A DNA stretch of 64,000 nt from Escherichia phage EO1: sequence record OQ223305.1, one strand, 5' to 3'. The position numbers and the translations under genes are program-made. Below are positions 41,301 through 52,344 of the stretch, piece by piece (the first letter of the stretch is position 1; each line of letters starts with the position of its first letter). Under the pieces are notes generated by a model. It did no database searches and had not been told where the DNA came from. It was given only the letters and a program-made list of their open reading frames with translations.

Positions 41301-41449
41301 GGGAGATTTTCCCCCGAGTTTGTTTTTGTCTCAGCGATTTCTACAAAGTAGTAGAAATTAGCACCAACGTCATCCCAGCGTACTTGCACCTGATTTGCGG
41401 ATAACTTGGAAATTCTGAGACTAGTGACTGAAGGTGCTTTTACTGTCAT
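38351..41449 (-). CDS. 7: baseplate wedge initiator gp7
   Basis: 1032-aa ORF. Length identical to recalled T4 gp7. Confidence 0.85.
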   Translation of the reverse strand: MTVKAPSVTSLRISKLSANQVQVRWDDVGANFYYFVEIAETKTNSGENLPSNQYRWINLGYTANNSFFFDDADPLTSYVIRVSTAAQDFEQSDWIYTEEFETFATNAYTFQNMIEMQLANKFIQEKFTLNNSNYVNFNNDTIMAALMNESFQFSPSYADVSSISNFIIGENEYHEIQGSIQQVCKDINRVYLMESEGILYLFERYQPVVKVSNDKGQTWKAVKLFNDRVGYPLSKTVYYQSANTTYVLGYDKIFYGRKSTDVRWSADDVRFSSQDITFAKLGDQLHLGFDVEIFATYATLPANVYRIAEAITCTDDYIYVVARDKVRYIKTSNAPIDSDPLSPTYSERLFEPDTMTITGNPKAVCYKMDSIGDKVFALIIGEVETLNANPRTSKIIDSADKGIYVLNHDTKTWKRVFGNTEEERRRIQPGYANMSTDGKLVSLSSSNFKFLSDNIVNDSETVAKYQLIGAVKYEFPREWLADKHYHMMAFIADEKSDWETFTPQPMKYYAEPFFNWSKKSNTRCWINNSDKAVVVYADLKYTKVIENIPETSPDRLVHEYWDDGDCTIVMPNVKFTGFKKYASGMLFYKSSGEIISYYDFNYRVRDTVEIIWKPTEVFLKAFLQNQERETPWSPEEERGLADPDLRPLIGTMMPDSYLLQDSNFEAFCEAYIQYLSDGYGTQYNNLRNLIRNQYPREEHAWEYLWSEIYKRNIYLNADKRDAVARFFESRSYDFYSTKGIEASYKFLFKVLYNEEVEIEIESGAGTEYDIIVQSDSLTEDLVGQTIYTATGRCNVTYIERSYSNGKLQWTVTIHNLLGRLIAGQEVKAERLPSFEGEIIRGVKGKDLLQNNIDYINRSRSYYVMKIKSNLPSSRWKSDVIRFVHPVGFGFIAITLLTMFINVGLTLKHTETIINKYKNYKWDSGLPTEYADRVAKLTPTGEIEHDSVTGEAIYEPGPMAGVEYPLPDDYNAENNNSIFQGQLPSERRKLMSPLFDASGTTFAQFRDLVNKRLKDNIGNPRDPENPTQVKIDE

Positions 41450-43428
41450 TGTGATATAGGCTCCAAATCGATAGTTAAGTATTGTGGACGTAAGTCATTT
41501 TCAAATACAATCAGTGAACCATCGCGAGTAAAGATAACATCATCGGTTGGGTCAGAATATAATTCAATAGTCTGAACTTCAAATTTTTCAGATGTTAAAT
41601 TAATTTTAGCGATATTCCAATAAATCATGTCAGCTGGATAATTTATTTCACCGATAACATAGTATTTGTCGCGTCCATCAGAATTTGCTAATTTGTTAAA
41701 ATCGTTGCCTGTATACGGCTGAATGTTTTCATTTTCTGTAACATCGCCAGAAGCAAATGGACCAATAATAACTTTACCAATTCCTTTAGAATCTCGGTCT
41801 GTTGATACTATACGAACGTCATATAATACATCTTCTTCTAAACCAGTATCAGGATTTACAACCTTTCGTCCAGAATTAAATGAAAACGTATTAGATTCCA
41901 TAGAACGGTCTTTTATTTGATTATTGTATTTAATACCTGCTTCAGGAGTTTTATAGAAGTTTTGTACTTCACGAACAATTTGAATTGTCGCTGATGAACC
42001 AATGATAGAATGATCTGCATCATCTACATATGTCAACATCTTAGACTTGGCAAAAGACGAGTTAAAAATTTCTACATCTTCGGTATAATAACGATCAATT
42101 TTATCAATTATTTGACCTTCGAGCCACTGTTCGGATTCTTGCAGCTTATTTAAAGCATATGTGACTTTTAAATTAGTCTTAATAAAAAGATAATTAGGAG
42201 AAATAATTGATGGCGTAATAGGAGCTAAATTATAGTCTTTGAGATAATTTTTAATATCTTCACGTTGTACAGTAGTTAAATACAATCCTGATTTAGGTTT
42301 AGCAGCAATAAATGCATACCCAGGTTTAGTAGAATCAGTGAAAGTCTGAACAGCTTGAATAATAGAACCAAATCTCTCTGAAACGAATGTATCGTAGTCA
42401 GTCGCAGTTACGCATCGTTGTTGGGTTTCGCGTTTAATAGTACCCAATTCGCGAATACGCTCAATATCTTCTGGATCACCGCCGCCATCTGCCCCAACAA
42501 AATCTGGGTCATCGTTTGGATTTTCATTAATATTGATGACAGTTATATTTGTTAATGTATCTGCGTATGAAAATCCGACTGCTCCGTTCGCGTCAGCACC
42601 ATTAGTACTGATGTACTCAATAACAATCGTAGAGTTCTGGGTAGGTTTAAGACCTCCAATATAATTAGCGGTCAATGCTCCTTCTGCCGCATTAACGGAA
42701 ATCTCACCTTCACCAAAATAAAATTCAGTATTTCCATCAATAGTTTCACGCATGTAGTAAATTGTTGATGTAGAACCAGCATGAACCATTGACTTTCTTG
42801 TCCAGTTAATCCATTCTGCTCCATCAACATACAGCTTAACTTGGTTTCTATCAATATTTTTATCATAAATGATAATAGGTGTTAATTTATCATAAATGAT
42901 TTCAGTTCTTACTATACGTCCCTGGGCCAATTTTAAACGTGGAAAATATTGGTTATTTTTATCACGAATAGCAATAACGTCTTCGGTAGAAACGAAGTTA
43001 TATGGATTAACAGAAGTATCTTTTGCATATGCTAAAAAGCGAGTTCCGCGAGGAATAGTAATGTAATTCCTATTCAATGCGTCGGTGCATGTTAACATAA
43101 TTTCGGTCTGCGCAGCGGATTTTGAAGTAGGTAAATATCCGTTATCTTGTGCAGCTTGAACAACTGAACTTCGTAAGTTAGCAGTACGCATAAAGCTTTC
43201 ATACACAGCAGCATTACCAAACTGCTGAATGTACAATGTATTATAAGCCAAAAGGTCACACAGAACGTTTAATCTTGAGCCTTCAAAATCATAATCCAAA
43301 AATTCATTTTGGCCATTAAGCCATTCAATGAGGTTTTGTTTTATTTCAGCAAACGTACCCCCGACGAATATCTCGGGAATAGCATTTGCTGTTCTTGTTA
43401 ATTGATAATTTACAGGGGTATTTGCCAT
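41446..43428 (-). CDS. 6: baseplate wedge gp6
   Basis: 660-aa ORF. Length matches T4 gp6. Confidence 0.85.
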   Translation of the reverse strand: MANTPVNYQLTRTANAIPEIFVGGTFAEIKQNLIEWLNGQNEFLDYDFEGSRLNVLCDLLAYNTLYIQQFGNAAVYESFMRTANLRSSVVQAAQDNGYLPTSKSAAQTEIMLTCTDALNRNYITIPRGTRFLAYAKDTSVNPYNFVSTEDVIAIRDKNNQYFPRLKLAQGRIVRTEIIYDKLTPIIIYDKNIDRNQVKLYVDGAEWINWTRKSMVHAGSTSTIYYMRETIDGNTEFYFGEGEISVNAAEGALTANYIGGLKPTQNSTIVIEYISTNGADANGAVGFSYADTLTNITVININENPNDDPDFVGADGGGDPEDIERIRELGTIKRETQQRCVTATDYDTFVSERFGSIIQAVQTFTDSTKPGYAFIAAKPKSGLYLTTVQREDIKNYLKDYNLAPITPSIISPNYLFIKTNLKVTYALNKLQESEQWLEGQIIDKIDRYYTEDVEIFNSSFAKSKMLTYVDDADHSIIGSSATIQIVREVQNFYKTPEAGIKYNNQIKDRSMESNTFSFNSGRKVVNPDTGLEEDVLYDVRIVSTDRDSKGIGKVIIGPFASGDVTENENIQPYTGNDFNKLANSDGRDKYYVIGEINYPADMIYWNIAKINLTSEKFEVQTIELYSDPTDDVIFTRDGSLIVFENDLRPQYLTIDLEPISQ

Positions 43429-43436
43429 TTTAAATC

Positions 43437-43730
43437 CTATTTAATGAATACTTTAGATGATGCCTGAGCCACAGTATCACCGCATGATATTGGATCAGCC
43501 ATTTGAACAGCTTTCTTTCCAGTGACATATACCTTAGAAGTTCTAGGTTGTGTCACTCCGCCATGTGTTTCATATGGCTTTTTAATTTCTGTATGTTCTG
43601 TAATTGGATCGCCTGCTACTAGAACAGCAATTCCTCCAGTGAATACTTTACTTTGTGTAGCATTCACAACTGTTGGAGGCCACGCTTCATGGCCAGCAGT
43701 AACACACTTATCATAACTTAATCCTGACAT
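43437..43730 (-). CDS. 5.4: PAAR-repeat spike tip protein gp5.4
   Basis: 97-aa ORF with PAAR-like Gly/Val/Thr repeats. Length matches T4 gp5.4. Confidence 0.8.
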
Positions 43731-44285
43731 TTATGGCCTCTCATACACGTAGCTTCTCAGTTTATTAGCCCAACGACTCCAATTTCCAACTATAGTTTTA
43801 GTATAATTTTTAACGAGAGTTTTTCTTATTGGAGCAGGAGGATCCGTTGGTTCGGTAGTATCAAAAGATGACCTAGAATTACTGCCAGAACCTCCAGATT
43901 CACTTTGTTCTTGGTAGTCATATATTAATGTTACTTCGTAAGTGAATGTCTTCTGGAGATTCTGAGGAGCTTTCCACAAATACAACTGAGTGTCAGAATC
44001 AGTAGGAAGTTCTTCCCATGAAGCAGCAGTTTTAAATTCATCATCTAAACGATATTTCAATGCGTCATTTCCAAATCCAAACACAGATTCATACGTTCCA
44101 TATAAACGATTTTCTTCTACTAAAACCCCAGGAGTTTCTTCGTAACTAGTTATATTTATAGATACTAACGTTTCACCTGTTTCTAATTGAGCGGTAAAGG
44201 TGACGTCGATAGAAGAACCTTCCATGGATTCTCCTAAATCAGCGCTCATTGGAAGTATATTAGCCAATGTCAATCCTCGATCCAT
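43731..44285 (-). CDS. 5.1: hypothetical protein gp5.1
   Basis: Track start at 44288 is a TTG; the next codon is ATG (44285). Start remains uncertain. Confidence 0.55.
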
Positions 44286-45987
44286 CAATTGTGTATTGAC
44301 CAGATGAAATAGAACTCATAGATGCCATTTTTTCTGTCCAATCACCACCAACGTCCCAATCAACTGTCCCAGCAACTTTCCAAGAAAGATTTCCATTTAC
44401 TGTATTAGTCTGGTTTCCTTCAACTAAAGTGGTAGCATCTCCTTTAACTGTAATGTCAGCATTACCTTCAACTACAATAGTAACATTACCTTTGACTAGG
44501 ATAGTTCCATTACCTTCAACCGTCTTAGTTTCATCGCCGCGGACAAATATTGTGTTGCTTCCATCTATTTGGTGAAGACGATTATCCATGTTGTAGTAAA
44601 TTTCTGATCCACCGACGTTAGTCTTTTTATCGCCGGCTACCAAAAAATTACCGTCAGCATTTGTTATATCATACAAATTATCAACAGTTTTTCTCGTTCT
44701 TCTTCCTGATGGTGATACTTCCTCATATGTTCCAGTCGGATGAACTAATCTGTATCGTTCTTGCCCAGGGGTATCATCAAATTCCTGAATATGACCGCTT
44801 TCAGTTTCCATTGTGTGAACATATGGATATTCACCTTTATATGAAGAAACAGGTTCTTTAAATAAAATTCTCGAATCATTCGGAATAGGAGGGTCAGCTG
44901 GATCAGAAGACTTTGCTACAGTAGCAGCCATTGCTGACAAAGACTTAGCTGGTGTTTTCACTTCAATACCGTATGATTCCAAATTACCTGTAAGAATAAT
45001 CATGGTAACACGAGATGCACGGCCTTTTGTTTGTTGATACCACAATGAATCACGACCAGCTTTATATGCTTTTTCCCAATCTCCGGCTAACATAGCAGTT
45101 AACATTGTGTTAAATTTAGCTACACCGCCAACGCCCATTTGGAATGCCATATTTTCTAATGCCATTTGACGAGAACGATTAACTGCCTGCCAAACTGGGC
45201 CAACTTTAGAATGTGATTTAATGTCACGTTGCATATCAGCCAAATCACGTTCAAATAAAGCTACCGCTTCTTCCATTGTAATGGAACCTGGATTTCCTGT
45301 AATTTCACGACCAACTTGTTTTGATAAAACTTTATTAATTTGAGTCATATCACGAACTGGCTGCTTCATGATAAGATGACCAATACCAATTGTCGGATAT
45401 CCTTCGGTATCCCAATAAACTTTTAGTCTTAATCCTTCATCACGGCGAAGCATTTCAGCCATTGACATATTTGGATTATCATCAGTTGGAATCTCTGATA
45501 GTGGTCTATCATCAGGATTTATCGCAGTGTCTAGATTGCTATCTTGGATAATATTAGAAGACGAATCATATCCTACTTCTCCGCCTTGGTTTAATACGTT
45601 AGTATCATTTCCTAGACGTCTAGGATACTGTCCAGTTGGGTCAGAAAATCCTTCAAGTCTATTAGGCTTTTCGCGAACTATTCCACCATACGTGCCAAGG
45701 ACAATTCCGTTAGTTTTCCATTTGTCTAAAAAATGACCATAAACTCTAGTTCCTTCTACTGGTCCAGTAACGGAGCCTCCAATTCCAGACATTGCTGCGG
45801 AAGTTATAGGTTGAATAACTGACATCCACGGTAATTTATCAGTTGGAATACCCATTACGTCGCCTTGTGCTCTTTGAGGTGGATGCAGACCAACCACACG
45901 AACACGAACACGACCTAATTTTAATGGGTCCATTCTATCTTCAACAACACCAACAAACCAATTAAGGTTATTACTTATCATTTCCAT
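44260..45987 (-). CDS. 5: baseplate hub / cell-puncturing spike with lysozyme domain gp5
   Basis: 575-aa ORF with T4-lysozyme-like motif VYWDTEGYPTIGIGHLI and a C-terminal beta-helix repeat (VXGXXXXX). Confidence 0.9.
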   Translation of the reverse strand: MEMISNNLNWFVGVVEDRMDPLKLGRVRVRVVGLHPPQRAQGDVMGIPTDKLPWMSVIQPITSAAMSGIGGSVTGPVEGTRVYGHFLDKWKTNGIVLGTYGGIVREKPNRLEGFSDPTGQYPRRLGNDTNVLNQGGEVGYDSSSNIIQDSNLDTAINPDDRPLSEIPTDDNPNMSMAEMLRRDEGLRLKVYWDTEGYPTIGIGHLIMKQPVRDMTQINKVLSKQVGREITGNPGSITMEEAVALFERDLADMQRDIKSHSKVGPVWQAVNRSRQMALENMAFQMGVGGVAKFNTMLTAMLAGDWEKAYKAGRDSLWYQQTKGRASRVTMIILTGNLESYGIEVKTPAKSLSAMAATVAKSSDPADPPIPNDSRILFKEPVSSYKGEYPYVHTMETESGHIQEFDDTPGQERYRLVHPTGTYEEVSPSGRRTRKTVDNLYDITNADGNFLVAGDKKTNVGGSEIYYNMDNRLHQIDGSNTIFVRGDETKTVEGNGTILVKGNVTIVVEGNADITVKGDATTLVEGNQTNTVNGNLSWKVAGTVDWDVGGDWTEKMASMSSISSGQYTIDGSRIDIG

Positions 45988-46561
45988 AAGATTTCTCCAT
46001 TATACGTATAAGGTCGTTCATAAATGAATTGATGTCTGATTTTGCTATTATTTTTATTTGACGAAGTTTTTCATTTTCAAGAACAGCAGCTTCATACGTA
46101 TCGACCGCAGCAAGTGCTCCTTCATATTGAGGATATTTTCTAGCTTTATCGCCTTTGTCATACCAAACATATGGATTATCATCGTATGATATTAAATTAT
46201 AAAATTTTTCACCATTCTCATTCACATGATATACTATTTGGTCTCCACCTACATTTTTGTATTTTTGGATAGATGCTTGATAAGCAGCTTCTTGCGAAGT
46301 AATCCATCCATAATACGGATCATAATTATCATTACACATCAATAAAACCCAATACAACTGTGGATTTCCATATATAGCGTTTGCTAATTCTTCCGGGCGT
46401 GGTGAACCTTTAATATAATAAGTACGTAAACGGTATCCCGCAAGAGCACGTTTGAAATAGTCTTTATAGTTTCTAAAAATATCTGTCATAGGAATAGTCG
46501 GCGCGTTTTTATTCACCGTTTTGGCCGCATATTCAATCGGATCAAAAAATGTAAAGAGCAT
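45971..46561 (-). CDS. 53: baseplate wedge gp53
   Basis: 196-aa ORF. Length and synteny match T4 gp53. Confidence 0.8.
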   Translation of the reverse strand: MLFTFFDPIEYAAKTVNKNAPTIPMTDIFRNYKDYFKRALAGYRLRTYYIKGSPRPEELANAIYGNPQLYWVLLMCNDNYDPYYGWITSQEAAYQASIQKYKNVGGDQIVYHVNENGEKFYNLISYDDNPYVWYDKGDKARKYPQYEGALAAVDTYEAAVLENEKLRQIKIIAKSDINSFMNDLIRIMEKSYGNDK

Positions 46562-46574
46562 GGGCCCTCCTGTT

Positions 46575-46597
46575 TATAAATATATTATCTATTTATA
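46575..46597. promoter_or_regulatory. divergent late promoters for gene 4 (+) and gene 53 (-)
   Basis: TATAAATA on the plus strand at 46575-46582 and on the minus strand at 46590-46597, in the 47-nt gap between divergent starts. Confidence 0.6.
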
Positions 46598-46608
46598 AGG
46601 AGAATCCA

Positions 46609-47061
46609 ATGGCATATTCTGGAAAATGGGTTCCTAAAAATATATCAAAATATAGAGGTGACCCTAAAAAAATTACGTATAGATCAAATTGGGAAAAATT
46701 CTTTTTTGAATGGTTAGATAAAAATCCAGAAATTATTGCATGGGGTAGTGAAACAGCGGTAATTCCTTATTTTTGTAATGCAGAAGGGAAAAAACGTAGA
46801 TACTTCATGGATATTTGGATGAAAGATTCTTCTGGACAAGAATTTTTTATTGAAATAAAACCTAAAAAAGAAACACAACCACCAGTTAAACCGGCACATC
46901 TAACAACTGCAGCGAAGAAAAGATTTATGAATGAAATTTATACATATTCCGTTAATACTGACAAATGGAAAGCAGCTCAAGCTTTAGCTGAAAAGCGTGG
47001 AATAAAATTTAGAATTCTAACAGAAGATGGATTAAGAGCTCTTGGCTTTAAGGGGGCATAA
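46609..47061 (+). CDS. 4: head completion protein gp4
   Basis: 150-aa ORF. Length and position match T4 gp4. Confidence 0.8.
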   Translation: MAYSGKWVPKNISKYRGDPKKITYRSNWEKFFFEWLDKNPEIIAWGSETAVIPYFCNAEGKKRRYFMDIWMKDSSGQEFFIEIKPKKETQPPVKPAHLTTAAKKRFMNEIYTYSVNTDKWKAAQALAEKRGIKFRILTEDGLRALGFKGA

Positions 47062-47885
47062 TGGCTATTTTTCAAATAATTAATGAAAGCACTCCCCAAG
47101 TTCCAAAGGTTAAGCAATCATTAAACGAAAAGAAATGGATTCAGATAGGTCTTGAATACAAAAAGGCCAAAGCAAAAGGAATGACAGGAAAGCAATTTGC
47201 TGAAGAAAGAGGAATCAAATACTCTACGTTTACTTCGGCAATGTCAAAATATGCTTCAGGAATTAAAACGGCTGAAAAGATTCAAAAGCTTGAATCAAAA
47301 CCAATGAATAAACTCAATAAGCAAGAAAGACAACTGCTTATGATAAATTCATTCAGGCAAACATTGCGCGATAAAATTCGTAATGAAGGTGCAGCAATTA
47401 ATAATAAAACCAGAAAGTGGTTTGCTGAAACTATTAAGCAGGTAAAAGGACATAAAGTTGTTCGCCCGCAGCCGGGACGAATATATGCTTTTGCTTATGA
47501 TGCTAAACACAAAGAAACTCTTCCTTATTGGGATAAATTTCCTTTGATAATTTACCTCGGTTTAGGTAAACACAATTTAATGTACGGATTGAACTTGCAC
47601 TATATTCCACCTAAAGCTCGTCAGCAATTTCTAGAAGAGCTTTTAAAGCAATATTCGAATACACCTACTATTACTAATAAAACGAAATTAAAAATTGATT
47701 GGAGTCAAGTGAAAGGATTTAGGGGTGCAGACCAAATGATTAAGGCATATATACCCGGTAATATTATGGGTAGCCTTGTTGAAATCGCCCCGAAAGACTG
47801 GGCGAACGTTGTATTAATGCCACTTCAGCAGTTCGTTTCAAAAGGAAAACGTTTCTCTGCAAACAAAGTCTGGTCAAATATCTAA
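47061..47885 (+). CDS. 2: DNA end protector gp2
   Basis: 274-aa ORF. Length matches T4 gp2. Confidence 0.8.
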   Translation: MAIFQIINESTPQVPKVKQSLNEKKWIQIGLEYKKAKAKGMTGKQFAEERGIKYSTFTSAMSKYASGIKTAEKIQKLESKPMNKLNKQERQLLMINSFRQTLRDKIRNEGAAINNKTRKWFAETIKQVKGHKVVRPQPGRIYAFAYDAKHKETLPYWDKFPLIIYLGLGKHNLMYGLNLHYIPPKARQQFLEELLKQYSNTPTITNKTKLKIDWSQVKGFRGADQMIKAYIPGNIMGSLVEIAPKDWANVVLMPLQQFVSKGKRFSANKVWSNI

Positions 47886-47991
47886 TTCTATTATCTTCCA
47901 TTCTTTTCTATTGTTTGTTCTAATTGGAATTGAATGGAAGGGACTTAGACCCATTATACCACCAACATTTATAAAGCATTATGAGGAATAT

Positions 47992-48522
47992 ATGTCGCAA
48001 GCACTACAACAAATTTTTAACCAAGCAAATACAACTAACTTTGTAGTATCAATACCGCATAGTAATACTACATCTGCTTTTACTTTAAATGCTCAGTCAG
48101 TTCCTATTCCGGGAATTAGGATACCTGTTACTGATACCGTGACTGGGCCTTTTGGACTAGGCCGAGCACAGCGTCCAGGAGTTACATTTGAGTACGACCC
48201 ACTCATCGTGAGATTTATAGTTGATGAAGAGCTTAAGTCATGGATAGGAATGTATGAATGGATGCTAGGAACTAGTAACTATCTTACAGGCGAAAATACT
48301 GCCCAAAAAACAGGTCCTGAATACATTACGCTTTACATTTTAGATAATAGTAAAACTGAAATCGTGATGTCAATAAATTTTTATAAGCCCTGGGTTTCTG
48401 ACCTGTCTGAAGTAGAATTTAGCTACACAGAAGATTCAGACCCAGCCTTAGTATGCACAGCAACGATTCCTTATACGTATTTTCAAGTAGAAAAAGATGG
48501 AAAAATTATAGCAGAAGTTTAA
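47992..48522 (+). CDS. 3: tail completion / sheath stabilizer gp3
   Basis: Track ORF begins at 47911. Internal ATG at 47992 with GAGGAA RBS gives 176 aa, matching recalled T4 gp3. Confidence 0.7.
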   Translation: MSQALQQIFNQANTTNFVVSIPHSNTTSAFTLNAQSVPIPGIRIPVTDTVTGPFGLGRAQRPGVTFEYDPLIVRFIVDEELKSWIGMYEWMLGTSNYLTGENTAQKTGPEYITLYILDNSKTEIVMSINFYKPWVSDLSEVEFSYTEDSDPALVCTATIPYTYFQVEKDGKIIAEV

Positions 48523-48546
48523 TGTTTCAGTTTCATGTGTTATAAT
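48517..48546 (+). promoter_or_regulatory. sigma70-type early promoter upstream of gene 1
   Basis: GTTTAA, then 18 nt, then TGTTATAAT (extended -10). Confidence 0.5.
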
Positions 48547-48571
48547 CTTAACTAAATTTGAGGAGAAACAT

Positions 48572-49296
48572 ATGAAACTAATCTTTTTAAGTGGTGTAAA
48601 GCGTAGTGGAAAAGATACTACTGCAGATTTTATTATGAATAATTATTCTGCAGTTAAATACCAACTTGCTGGTCCTATTAAGGATGCATTAGCTTATGCA
48701 TGGGGAGTATTTGCAGCAAACACTGACTATCCTTGCTTAACTCGTAAAGAGTTTGAAGGAATTGACTATGATCGTGAGACTAATTTAAATCTGACTAAAT
48801 TAGAAGTAATCACGATTATGGAACAAGCATTTTGCTATCTTAATGGTAAAAGCCCAATTAAGGGTGTGTTTGTTTTTGATGACGAAGGACAAGAATCAGT
48901 TAATTCCGTAGCATTTAACAAGATTATTGACGTTATAAATAATATTGAAGATCAATGGTCAGTCCGTCGTCTGATGCAAGCCCTAGGTACGGATTTGATT
49001 GTTAATAACTTCGACCGCATGTACTGGGTAAAATTATTTGCTTTAGATTATCTTGATAAATTTAACTCAGGTTATGATTATTATATCGTTCCTGATACTC
49101 GTCAAGATCATGAAATGGATGCGGCTAGGGCGATGGGTGCTACAGTAATTCATGTAGTTCGTCCTGGTCAAAAATCCAATGATACACACATTACAGAAGC
49201 TGGATTGCCAATTCGTGATGGTGATTTAGTAATTACAAACGATGGTTCTCTTGAAGAACTTTTTTCTAAAATTAAAAATACACTAAAGGTACTATA

Positions 49297-49297
<1 letters not shown>
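48572..49297 (+). CDS. 1: deoxynucleoside monophosphate kinase gp1
   Basis: 241-aa ORF with P-loop GVKRSGKDT. Length matches T4 gp1. Confidence 0.8.
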
Positions 49298-50006
<709 letters not shown>

Positions 50007-50014
<8 letters not shown>

Positions 50015-50036
50015 GCTGATGAGGTAGTGATACTAT
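50007..50036 (+). promoter_or_regulatory. T4-type early promoter
   Basis: GTTTAC, then 18 nt, then TGaTACTAT. Confidence 0.6.
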
Positions 50037-50066
50037 TATCTCATCAAAATTAATTGGGAAAATAAA

Positions 50067-50324
50067 ATGAAAACTTTCAAAGAGTTTGCTACAAAAACTA
50101 CTATCACTGAATCTTCTCACGGTATGGAAGTAAAGCTTGGAATGGCTTTAGCTGAAGCTGAGCGTCTTTTCTCTCGTATTAAAGAACTTGCTGCTGCAGT
50201 CGATCCTTCATCTTTTAAAGGAGACCAAACTAAAGTTAAAGCACTTTTAGCGTTATGCTCCGATGCAGGAGAAATTGCTAAAAATGGTTCTAAGATGAAG
50301 AAACGATTAGAAGATTTAAAATAA
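50067..50324 (+). CDS. internal protein (IP) family member with capsid targeting sequence (ipI position)
   Basis: 85-aa ORF. N-terminus MKTFKEFATKTTITE-S resembles the recalled IP capsid-targeting consensus MKTYQEFIAE with an IxE cleavage motif. It sits next to 57B, where T4 ipI lies. Confidence 0.6.
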   Translation: MKTFKEFATKTTITESSHGMEVKLGMALAEAERLFSRIKELAAAVDPSSFKGDQTKVKALLALCSDAGEIAKNGSKMKKRLEDLK

Positions 50325-50344
50325 TTTCACAAAGTTGTTTACAT
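50313..50344 (+). repeat. 32-bp direct repeat, copy 2
   Basis: Identical to 49983-50014. Confidence 0.8.
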
Positions 50345-50366
50345 AGGGTTTTAGTTGTGATACTAT
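50337..50366 (+). promoter_or_regulatory. T4-type early promoter
   Basis: GTTTAC, then 18 nt, then TGaTACTAT, then GAGGAG RBS. Confidence 0.6.
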
Positions 50367-50394
50367 TACCCTATCAACTACTGAGGAGAATAAA

Positions 50395-50580
50395 ATGAAA
50401 CGCTGTGAATTAATTCGAAATGTTGCTATTGCAATTTCTGCTTCTGCTTTTAGTTTTTCAATGTTTGTTGGATTTATATGCGGATTATTGACTACAGCAG
50501 AAAATGTTTTTTCACTTGTAGTAGCATTTTTAATTGGTTTAATTGCTATCGTTATGGATAAAATTTCTAAAGGTGAATAG
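50395..50580 (+). CDS. small membrane protein (two predicted TM helices)
   Basis: 61-aa hydrophobic ORF (AIAISASAFSFSMFVGFICGLL, LVVAFLIGLIAIV) with GAGGAG RBS. Confidence 0.45.
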   Translation: MKRCELIRNVAIAISASAFSFSMFVGFICGLLTTAENVFSLVVAFLIGLIAIVMDKISKGE

Positions 50581-50581
50581 A

Positions 50582-50962
50582 ATGTACAAAGTGTATGCGG
50601 ATTATCAGGCTAATCCATCTGAAAAACCAGGTTGTCAAATTGGATGGGCTCATGATACTTTGCTTGAAGCAGTAGATGCTGCTCAAAAATTGGGATATAA
50701 ATATGTAGAGATTGTTCAACCGTCAGGAAAAGTTATTACTCTTGAAGAGTTCAATAACATTAAACCAAACTTTTTACTTTTTGCAGGTGATAATTATTAT
50801 CCTCGTGGTGGATATGCTGATTTAATAGCGAAAGCCGCTACCGAAGATGAACTCCGTGACATTATCAAAGAAAATGAAAACAAACCAGATTATGGTTCTA
50901 ATCGCTTTGATTGGTGGCAAATTGTAAATGCCAATACTCACACTATTGTTGATGAAGGCTGA
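50582..50962 (+). CDS. hypothetical protein
   Basis: ATG at 50582 with AAGGTGA RBS, within the track ORF that begins at 50543. 126 aa. Confidence 0.45.
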   Translation: MYKVYADYQANPSEKPGCQIGWAHDTLLEAVDAAQKLGYKYVEIVQPSGKVITLEEFNNIKPNFLLFAGDNYYPRGGYADLIAKAATEDELRDIIKENENKPDYGSNRFDWWQIVNANTHTIVDEG

Positions 50963-50964
50963 TA

Positions 50965-51252
50965 ATGATTCTTTATGCTAAAGTATCATCCATTGAAAAT
51001 GGATATAAATACGATCAAGACGCGGCTAAAGCTTTGATTGATGATTATGGTATTTTAACATATTTTGAAGTTGAAAAGGTTTACATTGACCGTTCATCTT
51101 CACAAGTTAAATTAGTAAAGGAAGACCGTAAATTTAATACAGTAAATTTTGATTTCTTCATTAAAACAGAAAAAGGTCCTCTTGAATATGATATTTTCAA
51201 GAATCCTTTGAGTCTTGAATGCATCGTAAATATGTATTATCATAAATGGTAA
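50965..51252 (+). CDS. hypothetical protein
   Basis: 95-aa ORF, ATG 2 nt after the previous stop. Confidence 0.45.
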   Translation: MILYAKVSSIENGYKYDQDAAKALIDDYGILTYFEVEKVYIDRSSSQVKLVKEDRKFNTVNFDFFIKTEKGPLEYDIFKNPLSLECIVNMYYHKW

Positions 51253-51349
51253 ATATGCTTTAAGAATTATTTGTTATTATTAACTCATATCGCACTGATT
51301 AATACCCTCTATCATCAAGGGTTCTTGCTTAAGAGCCTTTGTTAATAAT

Positions 51350-51422
51350 TGGGAATTAGCCAAGTTGGTAAGGCACTGGATTTTGATTCCAGGATGCAAA
51401 GGTTCGAGTCCTTTATTCCCAG
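51350..51422 (+). tRNA. tRNA-Gln (anticodon UUG)
   Basis: Hand-folded cloverleaf: acceptor TGGGAAT/ATTCCCA, anticodon stem CTGGA/TCCAG with loop TTTTGAT, T-loop GGTTCGAGTCC. Confidence 0.8.
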
Positions 51423-51423
51423 C

Positions 51424-51510
51424 GCGAGAATGGTCAAATTGGTAAAGGCACAGCACTTAAAATGCTGCGGAATGATTTCCTTGTGGGTTCGAGTCCCACT
51501 TCTCGCACCA
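51424..51510 (+). tRNA. tRNA-Leu (anticodon UAA), type II, CCA encoded
   Basis: Acceptor GCGAGAA/TTCTCGC, anticodon loop CTTAAAA, long variable arm, GGTTCGAGTCC T-arm, 3' ACCA. Confidence 0.8.
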
Positions 51511-51515
51511 AATTT

Positions 51516-51589
<74 letters not shown>

Positions 51590-51635
51590 ATTTATGACTC
51601 GTCGTGAGACGCTCAGTTCTTTATTAGGGACTGAT

Positions 51636-52244
51636 ATGCATTTTTATCTTTATAAAATAACAAATAAAATTAATAATAAAGTTTATATTGGTGTGCATTC
51701 TACCGAAAATTTAGATGATGGATATATGGGTTCTGGCAAATTATTAAAAAGAGCCCAAGACAAGTATGGTATAGAAAATTTCTCTAAAGAAATATTAGAG
51801 TATTTTGATGATAAAGAATCTATGCTTGAAGCCGAGAAAAATATTGTCACAGAAGAGTTTTTAAATAGACCAGACGTGTATAATTTAAAACTTGGCGGTG
51901 AAGGTGGATGGGACCATATAAATAATTATCCTATGACAGATCAGCAACGTGAATTAATTTCATTGGGTGTTAAAAAGGCGCATTCTAACGGAAAATTAAA
52001 AGGATGGTCTTCAAATGGATTAATGAAGAATGGCTTTGCTGGTAAAACTCATTCTCAAGAAGCTAAACGTAAAATAGCAAAAGCAAACGAAGCAAAAGTT
52101 TCTGCGGATGAAAGAAAAAGAAGAATAGAAATTTCTAAATTATATGATTTTTCTAAGCGTGGTGAATTATCTAAATATGCTAAGCATATTGGCGTAAGTC
52201 ATACTCAAGCAAAAAGAATTCTAAATCAAATTAACAATATATAA
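51636..52244 (+). CDS. segB: GIY-YIG homing endonuclease (SegB-like) inside the tRNA cluster
   Basis: GIY-YIG motif near the N-terminus (YLYKITNKINNKVYIGVHSTEN) and a basic C-terminal DNA-binding region. ATG at 51636 with AGGGA RBS is preferred over the track start at 51594, which abuts tRNA-Gly. Confidence 0.75.
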   Translation: MHFYLYKITNKINNKVYIGVHSTENLDDGYMGSGKLLKRAQDKYGIENFSKEILEYFDDKESMLEAEKNIVTEEFLNRPDVYNLKLGGEGGWDHINNYPMTDQQRELISLGVKKAHSNGKLKGWSSNGLMKNGFAGKTHSQEAKRKIAKANEAKVSADERKRRIEISKLYDFSKRGELSKYAKHIGVSHTQAKRILNQINNI

Positions 52245-52249
52245 TATTT

Positions 52250-52339
52250 GGAGGCGTGGCAGAGTGGTTTAATGCACCGGTCTTGAAAACCGGCAGTCGC
52301 TCCGGCGACTCATAGGTTCAAATCCTATCGCCTCCGCCA
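52250..52339 (+). tRNA. tRNA-Ser (anticodon UGA), type II
   Basis: Acceptor GGAGGCG/CGCCTCC, anticodon stem CCGGT/ACCGG with loop CTTGAAA, long variable arm, 3' GCCA. Confidence 0.8.
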
Positions 52340-52344
52340 GTTTT